Shown: positions 58,701 through 64,000 of the stretch, in pieces
Numbering within the stretch: position 1 is the first letter of the stretch
Layout: each line of letters starts with the position of its first letter
Virus record (IMG/VR): IMGVR_UViG_3300012007_000017
Span: 1-64,000 of that record
Source of the DNA: an uncultured virus (IMG/VR IMGVR_UViG_3300012007_000017)
Taxonomy: Duplodnaviria; Heunggongvirae; Uroviricota; Caudoviricetes
Length of the DNA stretch: 64,000 nt
Strand: one strand, 5' to 3'
Program-made: the position numbers and the translations under genes
Notes under the pieces: model-generated
Seen by the model: only the letters and a program-made list of their open reading frames with translations
Told to the model about the DNA's origin: nothing
The model's database searches: none

Positions 58701-59896
58701 TCCCTGGCTATGAGTACAGGTCGGAAGGCTTTGATCATGATGATTATATTTCCAAAGTAATCACTGGTAAGTCAATGTATAAGAAGCACGACCCGGGAGA
58801 AGGCGGCTTTGTGTATGCTGAACCCGGCATTCACAGGAATGTTGCTCTCTTAGATATTGCTTCAATGCATCCGTCGAGCATTATTGCTCTGAATCTCTTT
58901 GGGGAATACACTCAGAGATTCAAGGAGATAGTTGATGCTCGTCTGGCTATTAAGCACAGAGATACTGAGAAGCTCAAGACTCTGCTTGGTGGCGCTCTTA
59001 TGGATGCTATAGGAAGCGACGAGGACATGGATATTTTGTCTGATGCGCTAAAGCTGGTAATCAACAGTGTCTATGGCTTTACCACAGCTACGTTTGATAA
59101 TCCTTTTAAGGATCCCAGAAATATCGATAATATTGTTGCTAAGCGCGGTGCCTTATTTATGGTTGACCTCAAAGAGGAAGTCCAGAAGAGAGGCTACACG
59201 GTTGCTCATATTAAGACAGATTCTATCAAGATCCCGAATGCTACGCCTGAGATTATTGAGTTCGTCATGGAGTTCGGCAAGAAGTATGGCTATAACTTTG
59301 AGCATGAAGCCACATATGAAAAGATGTGCCTCATGAACGATGCTGTTTATATTGCCAAGTACGACATGAAAGGGCAGCGTAACAAAGGCGGAAAGCATGC
59401 TGGAGAATGGACAGCAACAGGAAAGCAGTTTCAGGTTCCTTATGTATTCAAGAGCTTGTTCAGTCATGAGCCTATCGAGTTCAAGGATCTTTGTGAAACA
59501 AGATCGGTGTCGACCGCGATGTATCTTGACATGAATGAACAGCTTAAGGACGGCGAACACAATTATATTTTCGTTGGTAGAGTTGGTCAGTTCTGTCCTA
59601 TTAAGCCTGGTTGCGGTGGCGGAGAATTACTTAGAGAAAGCAAAGAGCGTGACAAATTTAGCGCTGTTGGAGGCACTAAGGAATTCAGATGGCTTGAGTC
59701 CGAAACGGTTAAGACTTTGGGAAAAGAAGTTGATATCGATCGGGAATATTACAAGCGGCTTGTTGACAGAGCTGTAGAAGATATTTCTAAACTTGGGGAC
59801 TTTGAGTCCTTTGTATCGGAAGGCGTTGATGATTATGTCAGCGCCGTTCCTTTTATGAACGCACCGGAGACTAACGATGATGAAGTCCCGTTCTAA
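55793..59896 (+). CDS. SF3 helicase/primase-DNA polymerase fusion
   Basis: GEGGIGKGT P-loop; DLD..D and SKSGGGIHLHY primase motifs; FDIEV exonuclease; LDIASMHPS, LKLVINSVYG, KTDS polymerase B-type motifs. Confidence 0.9.
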   Translation: MLDFIKIKTKVNKDASIEVSPDYICNKKVSDVMIRGGAFYAIWDEALGLWSTDEHDVFRLVDNELWHKVEELKQKYGTDRNYIVKTMSEFSTSKLTDWKKYLKASPDLYHELDSTVTFRDDEVAKEDYVSKRLPYSLSNGPTPCYDTLMNTLYSEEERDKIEWAVGSILTGDSRKIQKFLVLYGEGGIGKGTVLRIVEAIFQGYTISFNAKSLTSSNNQFALSQFRSNPLVAIQFDGKLNRIEDNTLLNSLVAHEPMTVNEKYKAQYDACFSTFLFMGTNSPVAITDAKSGLIRRLIDVQPTGKLLQHDVYDRATNGVKFELGAIAQHCIDRYKEMGISYYDKYKPTSMFSATNDMYNFVYDNYDEFNAENYITLKHAWTLYKDYVEEAKLSYPMSLRVFKSELANYFEKFTERARVGNGERIRNVYQGFKTDKFQIREDFVDDYIPIEELEAKEAEAEKVTMPFDWLNLDKTESSLDYILADCPAQYAKEDGTPEKPWDRVTTKLRDLDTSKVHYILLPDGHIIIDLDLKDEDGNKSMKLNLEYAKKFPPTYAEFSKSGGGIHLHYVYDGDVNALRRMYDDNVEIKVYRGNASLRRRLSYCNDVPIATISSGLPTKGDTTTMLNVDSIKSEAQLRSLIKNCLAKKHHGHTTPEVNYIFSELEKAYNNGVSYDVTDLRPKIRSFALNSHNQPKQCMRLVGKMKFKSKDFEEKDLNPEVRTLPESWVKAVIKDHDQPDDYEEAKAKEDSSKPLVIFDIEVFQNLLLICWKKLGKENPVMTMINPTPQEVSDFVEKYRLIGFNCRGYDNHILYARILGNDNMAIYKVSQSIINNTFNGYGPAYRISEADIYDICKKKQGLKKWEIELAEKGLLVHHQELGFRWDEPVPEDQWGVVAEYCANDVIATEAVWDANQEDVKARMALAKISGLSINERNRAHAARIIFGNNKNPKLVYTKLATGERSDGTMDIACFPGYEYRSEGFDHDDYISKVITGKSMYKKHDPGEGGFVYAEPGIHRNVALLDIASMHPSSIIALNLFGEYTQRFKEIVDARLAIKHRDTEKLKTLLGGALMDAIGSDEDMDILSDALKLVINSVYGFTTATFDNPFKDPRNIDNIVAKRGALFMVDLKEEVQKRGYTVAHIKTDSIKIPNATPEIIEFVMEFGKKYGYNFEHEATYEKMCLMNDAVYIAKYDMKGQRNKGGKHAGEWTATGKQFQVPYVFKSLFSHEPIEFKDLCETRSVSTAMYLDMNEQLKDGEHNYIFVGRVGQFCPIKPGCGGGELLRESKERDKFSAVGGTKEFRWLESETVKTLGKEVDIDREYYKRLVDRAVEDISKLGDFESFVSEGVDDYVSAVPFMNAPETNDDEVPF

Positions 59897-59926
59897 TGAT
59901 TATATTTCTAGAAAAGGAGAAAGATT

Positions 59927-60469
59927 ATGCCTAATTTGACTGTTAACAATAAGGACAACACTATTGCGTTTAACAATGCAGATTTGGGAAGAGGCGGTTG
60001 GAGTAATTTCTCAGGCAGACCTTTGCCTTGGGATCCTACCAACACCAAGCGCACCTTCACTATATTTCTTACAGAAGAAGAGTACAAAAGGCTCAAAGAT
60101 CTCGGCTGGAACGTTAAAGAGCGTGAGCCTAAGAACGCCTCCGAGCCTTCCACATATCATCTCAAAGTCACCGTGAACTACGAAGTATCCAGAAAGCTCC
60201 AGCCTCGCATCTGGTTGGTAAGAAATTCTGGAGATCCTGTCCTGCTTGAGCCTGAAGATCTGTTTCAGCTTGATGATGAGGATACGATCATCACCAGAGC
60301 CAAAGTCCAGATCAGAGCTTATGATTGGGAATGGGGAACAGGTAAGAACGCTAGAAAGGGTCGTAAGGCTATGCTCAAACAGATGTTTATCACTATTGAG
60401 CAGGAACACGATGATTTCGGTGCTGAGTTCTTCAACCGTGACGAAGAAGAGATGCCATTCGAGGAGTGA
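59927..60469 (+). CDS. Putative single-stranded DNA-binding protein
   Basis: Acidic EEMPFEE tail; NFSG motif; position in replication module. Confidence 0.65.
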   Translation: MPNLTVNNKDNTIAFNNADLGRGGWSNFSGRPLPWDPTNTKRTFTIFLTEEEYKRLKDLGWNVKEREPKNASEPSTYHLKVTVNYEVSRKLQPRIWLVRNSGDPVLLEPEDLFQLDDEDTIITRAKVQIRAYDWEWGTGKNARKGRKAMLKQMFITIEQEHDDFGAEFFNRDEEEMPFEE

Positions 60470-60497
60470 TTATATTCTAGGAGTGATTATATTCTAG

Positions 60498-61700
60498 ATG
60501 AGCTTTGAATTAAGAGAACACCAAAAAGCCGCACTCAAAAAGATGCGGAATGGTTGTATTCTGAATGGTTCTGTCGGCTCTGGTAAGTCTCTTACATCGC
60601 TCGCGTATTATTATATTTACATTTGTGGAGGTTCTTTGGAAACTTGGACAATCAAGAAACCAAAGGACCTCTATATTATTACGACTGCGATGAAGCGAGA
60701 CCGTAAAGAATGGCCTGTTGAGCTCATACAGTTTGGCTTGCTTGAAGGCGCTAACGACAACGGAATTAACGTAAAGGTCGATAGCTGGAACAATATCGGC
60801 AAGTACGTCCAAGCCAGTGGCGCCTTCTTTATATTTGATGAACAGCGAGTAGTCGGCAAAGGGGCATGGGTTAAAGCCTTTCTCTCCATTACTAAGAAGA
60901 ATGAGTGGATTCTTTTGTCTGCTACTCCTGGTGATAATTTCATGGATTATTGTCCTGTTTTTATTGCTAATGGCTTTTATAGGAATCGAACCGACTTCAT
61001 TAAGCAACATGTGATTCCTAAGCCATATGTCAAGTATTGGGCTGTGGACCGCTATGTGAATGTGAGGAAATTATATTATTACAGAGACAAGATTCTCGTG
61101 CCTATGGATTTTGAGAGGAACATAGAGTATCACCATATGGACGTGATTGCTCCATATTCATCGTCACTCTACAAGACTGTTCTTAGAGACCGATGGCATA
61201 TTTACGAGAACCGTCCCGTAATTAACGCCAGTGAGCTGTGCTATCTGCTAAGAAGAATAGTTAATAGCGATGAGCGAAGGCTGAATATGGTTTCGGACTT
61301 GCTTGACACGCATCAGAAGGCGATTATATTTTTCAACTTCACTTATGAGGCCAATCTGCTGACCAGACTGTGCAACACAAAAGGAATAGCTGTCGCTAAA
61401 TGGGATGGCGAAAAGCACGAGCAGATACCCAAAGCAGAACGATGGGCTTACCTCGTTCAGTACGCAGCAGGCGACAGTGGATGGAACTGCACAGAGACAG
61501 ACACAATTATATTTTACAGCCAAAACTATTCGTACAAATCAACCGTTCAGGCAGCAGGACGAATTGATAGATTGAACTCTCCGTTCTCAGACTTATATTA
61601 CTATCACATTCGTTCTCACGCAGGAATAGACAACGCAATACATCGTGCACTCAAACAGAAGAAGAAATTTAATGAGAGATCCTTCTGTGGATCTTTGTAG
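60498..61700 (+). CDS. SF2 (SNF2-like) helicase
   Basis: GSGKS, FDE, LSATP, QAAGRIDR motifs. Confidence 0.9.
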   Translation: MSFELREHQKAALKKMRNGCILNGSVGSGKSLTSLAYYYIYICGGSLETWTIKKPKDLYIITTAMKRDRKEWPVELIQFGLLEGANDNGINVKVDSWNNIGKYVQASGAFFIFDEQRVVGKGAWVKAFLSITKKNEWILLSATPGDNFMDYCPVFIANGFYRNRTDFIKQHVIPKPYVKYWAVDRYVNVRKLYYYRDKILVPMDFERNIEYHHMDVIAPYSSSLYKTVLRDRWHIYENRPVINASELCYLLRRIVNSDERRLNMVSDLLDTHQKAIIFFNFTYEANLLTRLCNTKGIAVAKWDGEKHEQIPKAERWAYLVQYAAGDSGWNCTETDTIIFYSQNYSYKSTVQAAGRIDRLNSPFSDLYYYHIRSHAGIDNAIHRALKQKKKFNERSFCGSL

Positions 61701-61791
61701 GTGTGCACATTTTACAATCATTGTAATAGAGAGGAAGAAACGATATACATGACACATCGTTCCGGCCTCTTTTTTCTTTTGGAGAAGAAAC

Positions 61792-62082
61792 ATGCTTGAA
61801 AGTAAATTCAAGACGAAACTTATCAAAGAAATAAAAGTCAGACTTCCAGGTTCTTTTGTTTTTCATCTAGATCCTTCAGAAAGGCAAGGCGTACCTGACT
61901 TAATTGTTTTGTACAAAGACAAGTGGGCTGTCCTTGAAGGAAAGAGAAAGTCTAAGGCAACGCATCAGCCTAATCAGGATTTCTATGTATGGCTGTTCAA
62001 TGAGATGTCGTTCGCCAGGATTATATTTCCAGAAAACGCTAAGGAGGTACTAGATGAAATGGAACGAGCATTATCGGCTTAA
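61792..62082 (+). CDS. VRR-NUC-like nuclease
   Basis: E..F, GVPDL, LEGK, QPNQ. Confidence 0.8.
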   Translation: MLESKFKTKLIKEIKVRLPGSFVFHLDPSERQGVPDLIVLYKDKWAVLEGKRKSKATHQPNQDFYVWLFNEMSFARIIFPENAKEVLDEMERALSA

Positions 62083-62617
62083 AGGTCAACATGCGATCTT
62101 TAGTCCATCTACTCCAAGCTGGCTTCGCTATGATGAGGCAAAAATCAGAAGCTTCTTAGAAGCGAAAGAAGCAATGGTTCTTGGCACAAAGCTTCATGAC
62201 TATGCTTGTCAGAGTATTCAGCTTGGACGCAACTTACCCAAAAGACCTGCTGACACTGTATCGCTCTATGTCAACGACGCAATTAAGTACGGAATGACGC
62301 CAGAGCAATGCTTATATTTTTCACCAAGTGTCTTCGGACATGCGGATGCTATCAAATTTGATAGAGGACTCTTACGGATACACGACCTTAAAACAGGCGC
62401 GAATCCAGGCAAAATGGATCAGCTGCTAATCTACGATGCCCTGTTCTGTCTTGAGTATGGATACGATCCTCATAGCATTAAGCACAACTTGAGAATCTAT
62501 CAGTACGACGACATTAACGAGGTTACGCCTGACCCAGACGAGATTGCACAAATCATGGATCAGATTATTCGAGTTGATGACATCAAGACAGAAAGAGAGG
62601 AATCGATGTATGAATGA
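62054..62617 (+). CDS. PD-(D/E)XK exonuclease-like protein
   Basis: GT.LH, GHADAI, IHDLKTG, QL.IY. Confidence 0.8.
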   Translation: MKWNEHYRLKGQHAIFSPSTPSWLRYDEAKIRSFLEAKEAMVLGTKLHDYACQSIQLGRNLPKRPADTVSLYVNDAIKYGMTPEQCLYFSPSVFGHADAIKFDRGLLRIHDLKTGANPGKMDQLLIYDALFCLEYGYDPHSIKHNLRIYQYDDINEVTPDPDEIAQIMDQIIRVDDIKTEREESMYE

Positions 62618-64000
62618 ATTATATTCTAGATTAGTTGGACCTTTCTTAAGACATGAAGGCAGAGGACGAGACGATCCAAGACTTGCCAGCGAATCTCAAA
62701 GAGGTTCTGGTCGTTATCCTAAGGACTCAGGTAAGAATCCTGGACAGCATCAGGATACTATTCCATGGAGCAGACGAGAAATCGATAGACTACGTGGAGA
62801 AGGTATCTCTATGGCTGAAATAGCCGAGATGTATGGCACAAGTCAGAATAAGTTAAGAGCTTATATTTCTCAGTCTAATGTTGAAAGAATTGCTGATGAA
62901 AGAGCCGAATGCATTAGACTCAGTAAAGAAAAAGGCATGTCTATTCGAGATATTGCCAAAGAAACAGGTTTAACCCCTACCACTGTTCGAAATCGCCTTG
63001 CCGATTACACTCAGGCAAAGATCGATAAAGAAGAGAAGTATAAAGAGATCCTCAGAGAACAGATTGAAAAACATGGCCATCTCGATGTAGGACTTGGTAA
63101 TGAGCACAATCTTGGTGTAAGCGAAACCAAGATGAAACAGCTTGTTCAGGCACTTAAAGACGAAGGCTATGTCCTTAGTAAACCTCGTATTCCTCAGGCT
63201 GGCACCGGTTACGACACGCATTTGCTTGTTCTGTCTAAGAAAGGCACTCCCAAGAATTATATTTATAACCACATCGAAGAAATCAAGCCGATGGACGATT
63301 TAAACATCGTCGATCTTGGAGATGGTCCTAAAAAGAAGGAACTTCATGACCCTTTAAGTATCGATTCCAAGCGTTGTATGGTTCTTTACAACGAAGAAGG
63401 AGGATTAGCTAAAGACGGACTTGTTGAGCTTCGTAGAGGCGTTCCTGAACTCAACCTTGGAAAGAGCAACTATGCCCAGGTTCGTATTGTTGTTGATAAT
63501 TCGCATTATATTAAGGGGATGGCAGTATATTCTGACGATCTTCCCGAAGGTGTGGATATTCGCTTCAACACTAATAAGCACGAGGGAACGCCTATGCTTG
63601 GCGCTGATAAAGACAATACGGTCTTTAAGCCTCTTAAAGGCGAAGGACTGAATGGATTTGGCGCTACGATTAGAGACCAGAATGAATGGGTTGATGACAA
63701 AGGCCAGACTCATTTTGGCGTTGTCAATATCGTAAAAGAACAGGGCGTTTGGGCAGACCAGCAGAAGACGCTTGCGTCCCAGTTCTTGAGTAAACAGCCC
63801 CATGCTCTAGCTAAAAAGCAGTTACAAATCGATTTGGATAATCGCAAGGACGAATTTGACACAATCATGTCCCTTACTAATCCTGCGATTAAACAGCGCA
63901 TGCTTAAGTCGTATGCTGACGAATGCGATGCTGCCGCAGTTCATTTAAAAGCTGCCGCAATTCCTAGGCAGGCATGGAATGTTATAATTCCGATGACTAC
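62610..64000 (+). CDS. Large HTH-containing protein, 5' part; probable single-subunit RNA polymerase (runs off window)
   Basis: Open frame from ATG 62610 (MNELYSRL...), absent from ORF track; two HTH-like segments; SGRYP..SG, DGLVELRRGV, NYAQVRI, LASQFLSKQ, AVHLKAAA motifs recalled from this family; catalytic motif not in window. Confidence 0.6.
   Translation, partial: MNELYSRLVGPFLRHEGRGRDDPRLASESQRGSGRYPKDSGKNPGQHQDTIPWSRREIDRLRGEGISMAEIAEMYGTSQNKLRAYISQSNVERIADERAECIRLSKEKGMSIRDIAKETGLTPTTVRNRLADYTQAKIDKEEKYKEILREQIEKHGHLDVGLGNEHNLGVSETKMKQLVQALKDEGYVLSKPRIPQAGTGYDTHLLVLSKKGTPKNYIYNHIEEIKPMDDLNIVDLGDGPKKKELHDPLSIDSKRCMVLYNEEGGLAKDGLVELRRGVPELNLGKSNYAQVRIVVDNSHYIKGMAVYSDDLPEGVDIRFNTNKHEGTPMLGADKDNTVFKPLKGEGLNGFGATIRDQNEWVDDKGQTHFGVVNIVKEQGVWADQQKTLASQFLSKQPHALAKKQLQIDLDNRKDEFDTIMSLTNPAIKQRMLKSYADECDAAAVHLKAAAIPRQAWNVIIPMT

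Larger units (their letters stand above)
34951..61729 (+). promoter_or_regulatory. About 19 copies of promoter-like motif (GGTGTACACA)WTTACAR-N8-DTAG
   Basis: Core starts at 34951, 35258, 35667, 36073, 36557, 36782, 37075, 37504, 37784, 37951, 38063, 40174, 40874, 43849, 45009, 45682, 52079, 52699, 61711; all intergenic to the refined gene calls, same strand, fixed spacing. Confidence 0.85.

Overview
Near-complete genome segment of a long-tailed dsDNA phage (siphovirus-type), almost entirely on the + strand. The host is probably a Bacillota/Clostridia bacterium, inferred from AGGAGG/AAAGGAG RBSs and the cell-wall enzymes. Left arm (0.3-30.5 kb): HNH, terminase, portal, protease-major capsid fusion, connectors, tail, a 2174-aa tape measure, a 5-domain lysin and a probably swapped receptor-binding block. 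Several head-module proteins carry an N-terminal H[HY]G..G[QM]KW motif, including an 820-aa three-module protein ending in a papain-fold toxin domain followed by a candidate immunity gene. Middle (30.6-34.9 kb): a cluster of small unknown genes, a holin, a tRNA-like element, and a truncated tyrosine integrase with an attP relic. Right arm (34.9-64 kb): about 19 copies of a non-sigma70 motif (WTTACAR-N8-DTAG). Most copies head a small cassette closed by a hairpin; two to three cassettes contain structured non-coding RNA instead of a gene. The same arm has a strand-biased TTATATTY octamer (about 50 copies), an iteron-like origin, a primase/helicase-polymerase fusion, SSB, helicase, nucleases, and the 5' part of a large HTH-bearing protein that is probably a phage single-subunit RNA polymerase. 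All calls come from reading motifs by eye; no searches were run, and counts are manual.
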